Origin: an uncultured Thiotrichaceae bacterium
Lineage (GTDB): Bacteria > Pseudomonadota > Gammaproteobacteria > SZUA-229
Assembly: GCA_964485705.1 (NCBI GenBank)
Contig: CAZALW010000001.1
Coordinates: forward strand, 1-55,063
DNA length: 55,063 bases
Reading direction: 5' to 3'
A program made the translations under genes and the position numbers. Below the pieces are notes generated by a model. That model was not told the DNA's origin. It did no database searches and saw only the letters and a list, made by a program, of their open reading frames with translations. Numbering within the stretch: the first letter of the stretch is position 1; each line of letters opens with the position of its first letter. Of the stretch, positions 9,341 to 20,032 are shown piece after piece.

Positions 9341-9381
9341 CAGTGGCACCTGGATGTGCGGTTTACGAACCTAAGGATGGG
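9341..9381 (-). repeat. REP-like unit, family A (diverged)
   Basis: The reverse complement reads CCCATCCTTAGGTTCGTAAACCGCACATCCAGGTGCCACTG. Confidence 0.6.
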
Positions 9382-9470
9382 CTGGAAGTCCACATCAACC
9401 AAATAACCGGTTGTTTTTAGTATTGAAGCTCAACAAAACAAGACAATATTATATTGATTAGTTAAGGCTT

Positions 9471-9512
9471 AAGGAGTCAATGAATAACATCTCTGTTAAA
9501 CATTGACTCCTT
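9471..9512 (-). terminator. stem-loop downstream of acpP (attenuator/terminator candidate)
   Basis: 12-bp perfect stem (AAGGAGTCAATG / CATTGACTCCTT) with an 18-nt loop, 13 nt after the acpP stop. No clear U-tract. Confidence 0.35.
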
Positions 9513-9524
9513 ATGATGAGCTTT

Positions 9525-9761
9525 TTAGCTTGAATGCGTGTTTACGTAGTCAATTGCCTGCTGAATAGTCGTAATGTTTTCTGCTTCTTCATCAGGAATT
9601 TCACACTCAAATTCTTCTTCTAAAGCCATAACCAGCTCTACTGTATCGAGCGAATCCGCACCTAAATCGTCGACAAATGATGCTTCATTTGTCGCCTGTT
9701 CTTCAGTTGCACCTAATTGCTCTATGACAATTTTACGTACGCGTTCTTCAGCTGTGCTCAT
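9525..9761 (-). CDS. acpP: acyl carrier protein
   Basis: 78 aa with the [12 protein letters not shown] phosphopantetheine-attachment motif. Lies in the fabD-fabG-acpP-fabF cluster. Confidence 0.95.
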   Translation of the reverse strand: MSTAEERVRKIVIEQLGATEEQATNEASFVDDLGADSLDTVELVMALEEEFECEIPDEEAENITTIQQAIDYVNTHSS

Positions 9762-10054
9762 CTATTTTTCCTCTTGTTTTGACTGCTAAGATTATCAAAC
9801 CTGATGATTATCATCTGCTGTCAATTGTTAAGTGATCCCCAAATATTATAAAGAATATTATTCGGGTTAAGTTTATGTTGAGTTGCGCGGTATTTTAGTG
9901 AATTAGTGCGGCACTTGCCAGTTAAATTCAACATTTAATGCCGATACAGACAAATCAATATATTATCAATTAAATCAATGCGATAAACAATACAATTAAA
10001 ACCATTTATAAATAATATTGCAAGCTATACACAAAAATATTTGATGTATTATAC

Positions 10055-10810
10055 CTATGGCATGTACATTCCACCATTAACATTGATCGTTTCACCAGTA
10101 ATATAAGAAGCCGCAGGACTTGCCAGAAACGCAACCGCTGCAGCAATGTCAGCAGGATCACCCAGACGGCTAAGAGGTATTTGTCCGATTAATGCCTGTC
10201 TTTGCTCTTCTGCTAATTCTCTGGTCATATCGGTATCAATAAAGCCGGGAGCAACACAATTTACGGTAATATTTCTGGAGCCAATCTCACGCGCCAGTGA
10301 TTTGGTAAAACCTAACATACCCGCTTTTGTTGCTGAATAATTGGTTTGACCAGGATTACCGGTTAAACCCACAACGGAAGCAATATTAATAATTCGTCCT
10401 TTTCTGGCTTTCATCATGGGGCGAATAACGGCTTTTGATAGACGATAAATCGAAGTCAGGTTAGTCTCGATAATGTCATTCCATTGATCTTCTTTCATCA
10501 GCATTAACAAATTATCTTTGGTAATACCGGCATTATTAATCAATATAGATATTGCGCCAAACTCATCCTTAATCACTTTCATCACATTGGCAATAGAATC
10601 AGTATCGGTTACGTTTAAACACATCCCTTTACCGCCCGAAGTTAATTTCATGGCCGACAAATAGTTGGATATATTATCTGCACCAGCGTCAGATGTCGCA
10701 GTACCAATAACGGTTGCGCCTTGCGACGCTAACTGTTCTGCAATAGCTTTGCCAATGCCACGACTTGCGCCCGTTACCAGTGCTATTTCGCCTTCTAATT
10801 GTTTACTCAT
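10055..10810 (-). CDS. fabG: 3-oxoacyl-ACP reductase
   Basis: 251-aa SDR with TGASRGIG cofactor motif and catalytic YSATKAG. fab cluster context. Confidence 0.9.
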   Translation of the reverse strand: MSKQLEGEIALVTGASRGIGKAIAEQLASQGATVIGTATSDAGADNISNYLSAMKLTSGGKGMCLNVTDTDSIANVMKVIKDEFGAISILINNAGITKDNLLMLMKEDQWNDIIETNLTSIYRLSKAVIRPMMKARKGRIINIASVVGLTGNPGQTNYSATKAGMLGFTKSLAREIGSRNITVNCVAPGFIDTDMTRELAEEQRQALIGQIPLSRLGDPADIAAAVAFLASPAASYITGETINVNGGMYMP

Positions 10811-10877
10811 AAATATATCAAAACCTTTTTTAAAATTTTTTATTATTCCAGTACGTTATGCACTTTTTATTCAACAG

Positions 10878-11100
10878 CCTGGTAGAGTGGGCACGCTTCC
10901 CCGCTCAAAGCGTGCGAGGACAAGCTTTGTGCCCACGCGGAACAATAAAACAACACCCTCAAACACCACGTATAAATATAATTAAAACCAAAAAGACAAA
11001 CAACCAATGTCACATTACCGACGTACAAATTCAAATAGAATATCCTTTTACTACTGGGCTGTTAACGCGTGGGCACAAAGAACGTGCCCACCCTACCAGG
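10878..11100. repeat. GTAG-headed REP doublet (REPIN-like), family E (E1)
   Basis: CCTGGTAGAGTGGGCACG...TGCCCACGCG ... CGCGTGGGCACAAAGAACGTGCCCACCCTACCAGG. Lies in the fabG-fabD spacer. Confidence 0.75.
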
Positions 11101-11169
11101 ATTCTGGTTTTTGCGTACGCTGAGTAGTGATATTATTATTTCATAAACGAGAAGTGTTCGTCTGCCGGT

Positions 11170-12123
11170 TTATTCTTCCATCGCCATTGAATCCAGAAAT
11201 TTTTGCAACGCTACCATCGAATCCAGTGAATAACTTTTTACTTCTTTATTAATCCGGCGTGTTAGTCCACCTAAAACTTTACCCGGACCACATTCTACAA
11301 CCACATCAGCGCCGTCAGTAATAATCTGAATGGTGTGCGTCCACTGCACTGGATTGTACAACTGTTTCGCCAGCGCTTCACGTATTGCATCCGGTTCATC
11401 ATGTGATCTTGCATCGACATTATGAATAACCTGTATTTTGGGTTTATTAATATTAACCCCTTTAAGATAACGGCTAAGTTTATCCGCTGCCGGTTTCATT
11501 AATGAACTATGTGAAGGCACACTAACTGGCAAAGGCAATGCTCGTTTTGCGCCTTCATCTTTTAACAGTTCCATGGCTTTATTAACTGCATCGGTAGCAC
11601 CGGCAATAACCACCTGCCCCGGCGAATTGAAGTTGACGGCTTCAACTGGCTCAGCAAGATCTTTACTTACCTGTTCACAAACTTGAACAACAGTTTCATC
11701 ATTTAATCCGATAATCGCAGACATCGCGCCTTTGCCTTCTGGCACCGCTGCCTGCATTAGCTGACCACGTTTGCTGACCAGTTTAATAGCATCTTCAAAA
11801 TCCAACGCTTCTGCCGCAACCAGTGCAGCATATTCACCCAGACTATGACCTGCATAAACCATAGGTATTAACATGCACTGCTGCGTCATAACACGCATCA
11901 CAGCGATATCTGCCGCCAGCATTAGCGGTTGGGTTATTTCGGTTTTATTGAGCTTTTCTGCGGGACCATTGCAGACAATGTCCCAGCAGTCATAACCCAA
12001 AACATCGGATGCCTGCTTAAAGGTTTCTTCAATTTGAGGCCATGCCTGTGCATAGTCAGCTAACATACCAATGGACTGTGATCCCTGACCCGGGAAGATG
12101 ACAACAATATTCATACCAATCAT
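11170..12123 (-). CDS. fabD: malonyl-CoA:ACP transacylase
   Basis: FPGQGSQ and GHSLGEY motifs. The start could instead be the ATG at 12114. Confidence 0.9.
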   Translation of the reverse strand: MIGMNIVVIFPGQGSQSIGMLADYAQAWPQIEETFKQASDVLGYDCWDIVCNGPAEKLNKTEITQPLMLAADIAVMRVMTQQCMLIPMVYAGHSLGEYAALVAAEALDFEDAIKLVSKRGQLMQAAVPEGKGAMSAIIGLNDETVVQVCEQVSKDLAEPVEAVNFNSPGQVVIAGATDAVNKAMELLKDEGAKRALPLPVSVPSHSSLMKPAADKLSRYLKGVNINKPKIQVIHNVDARSHDEPDAIREALAKQLYNPVQWTHTIQIITDGADVVVECGPGKVLGGLTRRINKEVKSYSLDSMVALQKFLDSMAMEE

Positions 12124-12142
12124 ATTTAAACCAACTTTAGTT

Positions 12143-12170
12143 AATTACTAATTACGAATTACTAATTACG
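12143..12170. repeat. 7-nt periodic array (AATTACT/AATTACG x 4)
   Basis: AATTACTAATTACGAATTACTAATTACG, upstream of the fabD start. The inverted partner is at 12269-12289. Confidence 0.85.
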
Positions 12171-12268
12171 AGTTGTGGACGATCAATCAGCCATCTTAAC
12201 TGCGCCATGTATTTTGCCATGTCTCGAATAAGAACTAACAAAAACGATGCAAAAATCGCACCAAACGC

Positions 12269-13106
<838 letters not shown>

Positions 13107-13196
13107 TTATTTTTGTAGTTTGCCATTGTTTTGCGCTTAAACAAACATAAAGTTAGCCGCGAAAAAGGAAAAAGACGTAAAGAAAAACTTTATCCG

Positions 13197-13360
13197 TCCA
13201 CAGATGAACGCAAATGAACGCAAATAAAAAACTTAGATTGGTTAGTGAATGTCATCTTGAGTGAAGTGATAGCTCTTGAACTGTCGTTGTATAAGAACTC
13301 TTCTTGTACTCGAGATGGTACACTTTTAACAGATTGTTTTTATTTGCGTTCATCTGTGGA
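13197..13360. repeat. family F-type hairpin repeat
   Basis: TCCACAGATGAACGCAAATGAACGCAAATAAAAAAC ... GTTTTTATTTGCGTTCATCTGTGGA. Ends 3 nt from the dnaJ stop. Confidence 0.75.
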
Positions 13361-13363
13361 TAA

Positions 13364-14503
13364 TCAAGCTTTTAGATCATCAAAAAAAGCCTTCATACGA
13401 TCACCCCAGGAAGCGTTTTTTGGGGTGTGCTTCTGCCCAGCTTGCTGGATTGATTTATCAAATTCTCTGATTAAATCTTTTTGCTTATTGCTTAATTTAA
13501 CCGGCGTCTCGACATGAACACGGCATAACAGGTCACCAGTGATGCCACCTCTTACAGGTTTCACTCCTTTACCACGCATACGGAATAGCTTTCCGGTTTG
13601 GGTTTCAGAAGGAATTTTTAATCGGAGTTTGCCATTAAGTGTTGGCACTTCTATTTCACCACCTAATGCGGCTATGCCAATTGAGATAGGCATTTCACAG
13701 TGCAGATCATTGTCATCGCGGCTAAAGATATCGTGTTCTTTAACATGCATCTGTACATACAAATCGCCACTGGGCGCACCGTGTCCACCAGCCTCACCTT
13801 CACTTGCCAGACGAATTCTGTCGCCGGTGTCAACACCTGCCGGCACTTTAACGGACAGTGTTTTGTGTTCCTGCTTGCGCCCCTGACCATGACAATCCGG
13901 ACAGGGACTGCTAATTATTTTGCCTTTGCCGCGACACTGCGGACAAGTTTGTTGCACTGCAAAAAATCCCTGTTGCATACGCACCTGACCGGCTCCTCCA
14001 CAGGTGGTACAGGTGGTTGCAGAAGTGCCTTTTTTGGCACCACTGCCAGAGCATGTTTTACAGTTTACCTGTGTCGGTATGCGGATTTTTACTTCCGTGC
14101 CAAATACAGCCTGTTCCAGTGTTAATTCAAGGTTATATTGAAGATCGGAGCCTCGCTGCGCTCGCTGACTAGCACCGCCACCACCTCGTCCACCACCAAA
14201 TATATCGCCGAATACATCACCAAATACATCTTCAAAGCCACCTGCGCCTGCTCCAGGTCGTCCACCCATTGACGGATCCACACCAGCATGACCGTATTGG
14301 TCATAAGCTGCCCGTTTTTTTGCGTCAGATAGCACTTCATGCGCTTCTTTGGCTTCTTTGAATTTTTCTTCAGACTCTTCAGAATTACTGGCATTACGAT
14401 CAGGGTGATGTTTCATCGCTAAACGACGATAGGCTTTTTTTAAATCGGCTTCGCTGGCATCGCGTGATACGCCCAGTACTTCGTAATAATCTCGTTTTGA
14501 CAT
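13364..14503 (-). CDS. dnaJ: molecular chaperone DnaJ
   Basis: J domain with HPD, G/F-rich linker, four CxxCxGxG zinc-finger repeats. Confidence 0.95.
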   Translation of the reverse strand: MSKRDYYEVLGVSRDASEADLKKAYRRLAMKHHPDRNASNSEESEEKFKEAKEAHEVLSDAKKRAAYDQYGHAGVDPSMGGRPGAGAGGFEDVFGDVFGDIFGGGRGGGGASQRAQRGSDLQYNLELTLEQAVFGTEVKIRIPTQVNCKTCSGSGAKKGTSATTCTTCGGAGQVRMQQGFFAVQQTCPQCRGKGKIISSPCPDCHGQGRKQEHKTLSVKVPAGVDTGDRIRLASEGEAGGHGAPSGDLYVQMHVKEHDIFSRDDNDLHCEMPISIGIAALGGEIEVPTLNGKLRLKIPSETQTGKLFRMRGKGVKPVRGGITGDLLCRVHVETPVKLSNKQKDLIREFDKSIQQAGQKHTPKNASWGDRMKAFFDDLKA

Positions 14504-14577
14504 ATTCTTATTTCTATTAAACTTTTGTAATAAAGACTAATTTAACCGCTGAGGCAAGACATAAAAAAACACTATTT

Positions 14578-14654
14578 AGCCGCAAAAAACGCAAAGAGCG
14601 CAAAGAAAAACTTGTGTTGTTTTTACATTTGCGCCTTTTGCGTCCTTTGCGGCT
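14578..14654. repeat. family F-type hairpin repeat
   Basis: AGCCGCAAAAAACGCAAAGAGCGCAAAGAAAAAC ... TTTGCGCCTTTTGCGTCCTTTGCGGCT, with 9-nt periodic arms. Confidence 0.8.
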
Positions 14655-14674
14655 AAAAGTTTTTCTTTCAGCCC

Positions 14675-14840
14675 CTAGGAGCTTGTCCGAGAATGGAAAA
14701 CCTACTGCAAAACCGACATTTTTGCCCATTTTTCCGAACATTTTCGTTAAATAGCGGTGCTATTCGCCTCAAATGTTCGAAAAACTGGACTAAAAATCTC
14801 GATTTTTCGCTACGGTTTCCATTCTCGGACAAGCTCCTAG
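14675..14840. mobile_element. MITE-like element, family B (B1)
   Basis: Inverted termini CTAGGAGCTTGTCCGAGAATGGAAA ... TTTCCATTCTCGGACAAGCTCCTAG. Lies in the dnaJ-dnaK spacer. Confidence 0.8.
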
Positions 14841-14853
14841 TTAGCTTATAACA

Positions 14854-16785
14854 TTATTTATCGTCTTTGCTTTCTTTCACTTCTTCAAATTCGGCATCAA
14901 CCACATCGTCATCAGCTGCTTTGCCTGCTGATTGCTCATCGCCTGGTTGCGCTGCACCTTCCTGTTCTGCTTTGGCAGCATAGGCTTTTTCGGCAATCTT
15001 GCCAGCAACTTCAGTTAACGTTTGTGTTTTCGCTTCAATATCGTCTTTATCATTGCCTTCCAGTACAGTTTTTAACTCGGCAATGGCAGATTCTGCTGCT
15101 GTTTTTTCACCTGATTCTACTTTATCGCCCAGATCCTTAAGCGACTTTTCAGTACCATGAATCATGTTTTCAGCGGCATTTTTTGCATTAACTAATTCAT
15201 GTGCCTTTTTATCTTCATCAGCATGAGCTTCAGCATCTTTAATCATTTGATCAACTTCGGTATCTGATAGACCACTTGAGGCTTTTATCACAATGGACTG
15301 TTCCTTACCGGTGGCTTTGTCTTTTGCAGACACATTCAATATACCGTTGGCATCAATATCAAATGACACTTCAATTTGTGGCACACCACGTGGTGCAGGT
15401 GGAATGTCCTGTAAATCGAAACGACCTAATGACTTATTACCGGTTGCCATTTCGCGTTCACCCTGTAATACATGAACAGTTACGGCTGACTGGTTATCAT
15501 CTGCAGTGGAGAAGGTCTGTGACGCTTTTGTTGGAATTGTGGTGTTTTTTTCTACCAGATTGGTCATGACACCACCCATGGTCTCAATACCCAGTGATAG
15601 TGGTGTGACATCAAGTAACAGAATATCGTTAACTTCACCACCTAATACACCGCCCTGTAATGCAGCACCCATAGCAACGGCTTCGTCAGGGTTAACATCT
15701 CTGCGTGGCTCTTTGCCAAAGAAATTTTGAACTTCTTGCTGTACCTTGGGCATACGAGTTTGACCACCCACCAGAATAACCTCGTCAAGCTCACTGGCAG
15801 ACAAACCTGAATCTTCAAGTGCCTGCTTGCAGGGACCGATGGTGCGCGCTATTAGTTCATCAACCAGACTCTCCAGTTTGGCACGGCTTAATTTAACATT
15901 GAGATGTTTTGGACCATTGGCATCAGCAGTGATATAGGGCAAATTGACATCGGTAGACTGGGTTGATGACAACTCGATTTTTGCTTTTTCAGCGGCTTCT
16001 TTCAGACGTTGTAGTGCCAATGGATCATTATGTAAATTGATGCCAGTATCTTTCTCAAATTCATCAGAAAGGTAATCAATTAAGCGCGTATCGAAATCTT
16101 CACCGCCAAGGAAGGTATCACCGTTGGTTGCCAGTACTTCAAACTGATGTTCACCATCAATTTCTGCAATTTCGATAATAGAGACATCAAAAGTACCACC
16201 ACCCAGGTCGTAAACCACAATTTTTGAGTCACCACGGCTTTTATCCATGCCATAAGCAAGGGCTGCCGCTGTAGGTTCATTGATAATACGTTTTACTTCA
16301 AGACCAGCAATCTTACCGGCATCTTTTGTTGCCTGACGTTGCGAGTCATTAAAATAAGCAGGAACGGTAATAACCGCCTCGGTCACTTCATGGCCTAAAT
16401 ATTCTTCAGCCGTTTTCTTCATTTTTTGAAGAATACGTGCGGACACTTCCGGTGCTGCCATTTTATTGCCTTTGGCTTCAACCCAGGCATCACCGTTGTC
16501 GGCCTTTACAATTTTGTAGGGCACCAGTTTAATATCACGCTGCACCACTTCTTCGTCGAAACGGCGACCGATTAAACGTTTAACTGCAAAAATAGTGTCA
16601 CTCGGGTTGGTGACTGCCTGACGTTTTGCTGGTGAGCCAACAATCACTTCGTCGTCGGTAAAAGCAACAACGGAAGGTGTGGTACGTTCACCCTCTGCAT
16701 TTTCAATAACTTTTACTGAATCACCGTCCATCACAGCAACACAAGAGTTTGTTGTACCTAAGTCTATACCTATAATTTTAGCCAT
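14854..16785 (-). CDS. dnaK: molecular chaperone DnaK (Hsp70)
   Basis: 643 aa with canonical Hsp70 motifs ([29 protein letters not shown]). Confidence 0.97.
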   Translation of the reverse strand: MAKIIGIDLGTTNSCVAVMDGDSVKVIENAEGERTTPSVVAFTDDEVIVGSPAKRQAVTNPSDTIFAVKRLIGRRFDEEVVQRDIKLVPYKIVKADNGDAWVEAKGNKMAAPEVSARILQKMKKTAEEYLGHEVTEAVITVPAYFNDSQRQATKDAGKIAGLEVKRIINEPTAAALAYGMDKSRGDSKIVVYDLGGGTFDVSIIEIAEIDGEHQFEVLATNGDTFLGGEDFDTRLIDYLSDEFEKDTGINLHNDPLALQRLKEAAEKAKIELSSTQSTDVNLPYITADANGPKHLNVKLSRAKLESLVDELIARTIGPCKQALEDSGLSASELDEVILVGGQTRMPKVQQEVQNFFGKEPRRDVNPDEAVAMGAALQGGVLGGEVNDILLLDVTPLSLGIETMGGVMTNLVEKNTTIPTKASQTFSTADDNQSAVTVHVLQGEREMATGNKSLGRFDLQDIPPAPRGVPQIEVSFDIDANGILNVSAKDKATGKEQSIVIKASSGLSDTEVDQMIKDAEAHADEDKKAHELVNAKNAAENMIHGTEKSLKDLGDKVESGEKTAAESAIAELKTVLEGNDKDDIEAKTQTLTEVAGKIAEKAYAAKAEQEGAAQPGDEQSAGKAADDDVVDAEFEEVKESKDDK

Positions 16786-16869
16786 TGCTGGTCTCCAATA
16801 TTTTTAATATTCTTTAATATTTGTTGCTGTTAATGAGTAAATAACAGCTTAAGTTTGTTGTTAGCTCTA

Positions 16870-16897
16870 CTATGGGGTTGTTTTTGGTAAATCCAAG
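16870..16897 (-). promoter_or_regulatory. sigma32-type heat-shock promoter of dnaK
   Basis: On the minus strand: CTTGGAT-N13-CCCCATAG against the consensus CTTGAAA-N13/14-CCCCATNT. About 85 nt upstream of the dnaK ATG. Confidence 0.7.
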
Positions 16898-16928
16898 CTT
16901 TTTGAAGTTAAAAGAGATTCAATTATGT

Positions 16929-17049
16929 TAGGAGCTTGTCCAAGAATAGAAATCGTAGCGAGGGGAGAAGCTGATTTGAGTCAGATTTTTTCATTATTTG
17001 AGGCGAGTAGTGGTGCATGGATGCACCACTGCTCTCGGACAAGCTCCTG
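16929..17049. mobile_element. MITE-like element, family B (B2)
   Basis: TAGGAGCTTGTCCAAGAATAGAAATCGTAGCG ... CTCTCGGACAAGCTCCTGA. Lies in the dnaK-grpE spacer. The internal part carries a family-A-like palindrome. Confidence 0.75.
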
Positions 17050-17082
17050 AACCAGAAAAACACACATCCGCAAATAAAATGC

Positions 17083-17676
17083 TTAACCTTCGTCTGCTGT
17101 TTTCGACACCATCACCATTGCCGGACGTATCAAACGATCATTTAGCGAATAACCCTTTTGCATCACCGCAATAACCGTATTAGGTTCTATATCTGCACTT
17201 GGCTGCATGCCCATAGCCTGATGCTTTTCTGCATCAAATTTTTCATTTAATGGATCAATTTCCTCAATACCGAGTTTTTCCATCATTTTTTCCAGCATGC
17301 TTAATGTTAGTTCCATGCCTTCACGTAAACTCATCGCACTGGCCTCTTTAGTGGCGAGACCCAGACCCATACTATCTAACACAGGTAACAGCTCAGTCAC
17401 GAACTTCTCAATACCATATTTATGTGCATTTTCTACATCTTTGGTATTACGGCGACGTAAGTTATCCATTTCTGCTTTGGCACGCAGATACTGGTTCCAG
17501 TTTTCAGTGGCTTTTGCCTGCGCATCCTCTAATTGTGCCTCAAGACTATCAGCATTTTTCTCTGGTGATGCCAGAGTTGCTTCATCTTCCTGCGCGTCTA
17601 CAACTTCTTCAACGAGCTCTTCTGTTGCTTGTTCTACGGCTTCATCGTTATCTTGCTTTTGAGCTGACATATTCAC
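17083..17676 (-). CDS. grpE: nucleotide exchange factor GrpE
   Basis: 197 aa. Acidic N-terminus, coiled coil and the GrpE C-terminal pattern. Lies between hrcA and dnaK. Confidence 0.9.
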   Translation of the reverse strand: MNMSAQKQDNDEAVEQATEELVEEVVDAQEDEATLASPEKNADSLEAQLEDAQAKATENWNQYLRAKAEMDNLRRRNTKDVENAHKYGIEKFVTELLPVLDSMGLGLATKEASAMSLREGMELTLSMLEKMMEKLGIEEIDPLNEKFDAEKHQAMGMQPSADIEPNTVIAVMQKGYSLNDRLIRPAMVMVSKTADEG

Positions 17677-17705
17677 TCTCTTTAAATTTATTATAATGTG
17701 GCTGT

Positions 17706-17733
17706 CTATGGTGACAATTTGATGTAATTCAAG
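17706..17733 (-). promoter_or_regulatory. sigma32-type heat-shock promoter of grpE
   Basis: On the minus strand: CTTGAAT-N13-CACCATAG. About 30 nt upstream of the grpE ATG. Confidence 0.55.
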
Positions 17734-17909
17734 TGTAATTATTCAGTTCACTCCTGAAATTCGCCATCTCCACGTTAAAAAATGTTCATTTACATGTAAA
17801 TTCACACAATCGCCTTGTTCTGACGAATCTCAGAAGCAATCTGAGTCGCTACAGTCTTGTACTGAATAGTTGCATTCAAGAATTCAGCTATAAATTTTAG
17901 CTTTTAAAA

Positions 17910-18965
17910 TCATTCATTAACAGGCGCGCCATTAAGGGCATCACCCAGAATTTTAGCAGTGACATCAACCACCGGGATAATATGGTCATAATTCATCCGC
18001 GCCGGCCCAATAACGCCTAATACGCCAATAGCTTTGCCTTTGACCGAATAGGGAGCAGTAATAACACTGCAATCACCAAAACCCTCAAACCCGGCTTCAT
18101 GCCCGATAAAAATCTTTACGCCGTCACTGTGCACACAACGATCAAATAAATCCAGCATTTCACGCTTTCGATCAAAAATTTCAAATAAATGCTGCAACTG
18201 TTGACGATCAGTATTTTTGTTATAACGCACCAGATTAGTTTCGCCCTGAACAATAAACTCAGGTTTGCTTACTTCATCATCTGATAGTGCTTTACCGGCA
18301 ACTTCAACCGCCGTTCGCATTACCTGGTCAACTTGTTGACGACTACGATCCAGATCCTGTAACAGACTTTTTCGTATTTCACCTACATCCTGACCGGTAA
18401 AGTGTTGATTCAAAAAGTTAGCTGCATGTTGTAATTCACTTGCACTATACTCTCGACCAAGATGTAACACTTTATTCTGTACATCTTTTTCATTGGTTAC
18501 CATGATTGCCAGCACACGTTTATCAGGTAGTGGTAAAAACTCAATATGGCGTAATTTTGCACTGGTCTGTTTTGGCACACTGACGATACCAGCCATTTGT
18601 GTCATTTGTGAAACCAGTTGCGAAGCCTGATTCACCAGTTCATTGATTTCCATATCAGGATCCAGCTGCTGCTGCATCTGGCTAACCAGGTTTTCTTCTA
18701 TTGGTTGAACTTCAAGTAAAGTATCAATAAACAGTCGCAAACCCTGTTCAGTCGGGATTCTGCCGGCTGAAGTATGCGGTGCAACCACCAGACCTTTTTT
18801 CTCAAGGCCAGACATCACATTACGGATGGTCGCTGAACTGATATCCAGACCAGCATCCTGCGCCAACTGCCTGGAACCGACAGGCTGCCCATGATGAATG
18901 TAACTGGCGACTAATTGCTTGAGCAAAATAGCAGCGCGATCATTGAGTACGAGTGATTTATTCAA
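17910..18965 (-). CDS. hrcA: heat-inducible transcription repressor HrcA
   Basis: 351 aa with the HrcA family pattern (N-terminal winged helix, ...GPARMNY...). A CIRCE operator lies directly upstream. Confidence 0.9.
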   Translation of the reverse strand: MNKSLVLNDRAAILLKQLVASYIHHGQPVGSRQLAQDAGLDISSATIRNVMSGLEKKGLVVAPHTSAGRIPTEQGLRLFIDTLLEVQPIEENLVSQMQQQLDPDMEINELVNQASQLVSQMTQMAGIVSVPKQTSAKLRHIEFLPLPDKRVLAIMVTNEKDVQNKVLHLGREYSASELQHAANFLNQHFTGQDVGEIRKSLLQDLDRSRQQVDQVMRTAVEVAGKALSDDEVSKPEFIVQGETNLVRYNKNTDRQQLQHLFEIFDRKREMLDLFDRCVHSDGVKIFIGHEAGFEGFGDCSVITAPYSVKGKAIGVLGVIGPARMNYDHIIPVVDVTAKILGDALNGAPVNE

Positions 18966-19005
18966 AACTTATATATCTGATTAGTAACGATCTTATTAGT
19001 CACAG

Positions 19006-19032
19006 CTGGCACTCTATCGGATTGAGTGCCAA
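19006..19032. promoter_or_regulatory. CIRCE operator (HrcA binding site)
   Basis: CTGGCACTC-N9-GAGTGCCAA against the consensus TTAGCACTC-N9-GAGTGCTAA. Lies 41-67 nt upstream of the hrcA ATG. Confidence 0.8.
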
Positions 19033-19038
19033 TGTGGA

Positions 19039-19067
19039 ATTATGGTAGCAAAATGCTAGATGGTCAA
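19039..19067 (-). promoter_or_regulatory. sigma70-type promoter of hrcA
   Basis: On the minus strand: TTGACC-N17-CATAAT, immediately upstream of CIRCE. Confidence 0.6.
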
Positions 19068-19106
19068 GGAAACCCATGCCTTGCCATTAAACATACAAAG
19101 GGGTGG

Positions 19107-19264
19107 CTTCTCAATAACCCATGGCAATCAGTTGTAGGGTGGGTATGTTTTTTTGCCCACGCTTTAGCCAGGTAGGTCACATTTGGCTTCAACGCGTGGG
19201 CAAAAAAGCATGCCCACCCTACAATTACTATCAGAATACGATACTGCCACGGGTTATTGAGAAG
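19107..19264. mobile_element. MITE-like element (family G) with E2 nested inside
   Basis: Outer inverted repeat CTTCTCAATAACCCATGGCA ... TGCCACGGGTTATTGAGAAG encloses E2. Confidence 0.65.
19132..19224. repeat. GTAG-headed REP doublet (REPIN-like), family E (E2)
   Basis: TTGTAGGGTGGGTATGTTTTTTTGCCCACGC ... GCGTGGGCAAAAAAGCATGCCCACCCTACAA. Confidence 0.8.
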
Positions 19265-19312
19265 TTACACAAAGGGCTCTGAATGTGATGACTTTTACAA
19301 TAATTTTACGCA

Positions 19313-20032
19313 TTACAAAACAACAGGTTTCGGCTTTTTCGCCACATCGTTACGTAGATAAACGGGTATTGCCTGCGCCGCGATGATGGTATTGCCTGCG
19401 TTATATTCATTTACTGCCAGTGTGGCTATGGCTTCTGCACTGGGAAGACAGTCAGGCAGCATTTCCTGCAAGGTCAAAACATTGTCAGCAAGTAGTCTGT
19501 CGGCATAATTCGCCCAGCCTGTGCCAGCGCCGATCCAGGTTTTGCCCGGCTGTGTTAGCTCCTCAGGCAGTTGAATTTTATCCGGCGAAACCACCTGTTC
19601 CTCACCTGTTAACTGCCATTGTTGTTCGTTGCCGCTTTTCAAGTCCTTAGAATATACTGCCCAGTAAACTTCATCCATGCGGGCATCAATGGCGACCAAT
19701 ATGTGGTTATGTTTTGTTTGTTCAAACGCACGTTGCGCGATGGTTTTTAAGGTTGAAATAGCTATCACCGGAATATCATGCGCAAAAGCGATGCCCTGCA
19801 CCACACCGGCGGCAATTCTCAGCCCCATAAATGAACCCGGCCCGCGACCGAAGGCAATGGCATCTAACTGACTGACGGTTAATTCTGCCTCAGCCAGCAA
19901 ACCGTCAATCATTTTTAAGATTAATCGGCTGTGTTCTCTGGGTGCGAGTTGATAAACAGATTTTAATTCACCATTAATGTATAACGCGGCTGAACAGGCT
20001 TCTGTTGCGGTATCGATTGCCAGAATTTTCAT
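19313..20032 (-). CDS. tsaB: tRNA t6A biosynthesis protein TsaB (YeaZ)
   Basis: 239 aa with the YeaZ-type N-terminus (ILAIDTATEACSAAL). Overlaps the upstream helicase gene by 4 nt. Confidence 0.8.
   Translation of the reverse strand: MKILAIDTATEACSAALYINGELKSVYQLAPREHSRLILKMIDGLLAEAELTVSQLDAIAFGRGPGSFMGLRIAAGVVQGIAFAHDIPVIAISTLKTIAQRAFEQTKHNHILVAIDARMDEVYWAVYSKDLKSGNEQQWQLTGEEQVVSPDKIQLPEELTQPGKTWIGAGTGWANYADRLLADNVLTLQEMLPDCLPSAEAIATLAVNEYNAGNTIIAAQAIPVYLRNDVAKKPKPVVL

Noticed and set aside
8560-9374. Several 60-140-aa ORFs antisense to, or in alternative frames within, fabF. The same kind of ORF occurs within dnaJ, dnaK, grpE, jetA, jetC, the kinase, msbA, comEC and others.
   Set aside because: These are typical shadow ORFs inside well-supported genes, with biased low-complexity composition and no independent evidence.
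10665-11127. ORFs 10665..10985 and 10858..11127 (+).
   Set aside because: The first is antisense to the fabG 5' end and then reads into REP doublet E1; the second lies within E1 (GTLPRSKRART-type repeat peptides).
14517-14741. 74-aa ORF in the dnaJ-dnaK spacer.
   Set aside because: It is entirely a translation of the F-type hairpin and the B1 terminus (…SLRSLRFLRLN…).
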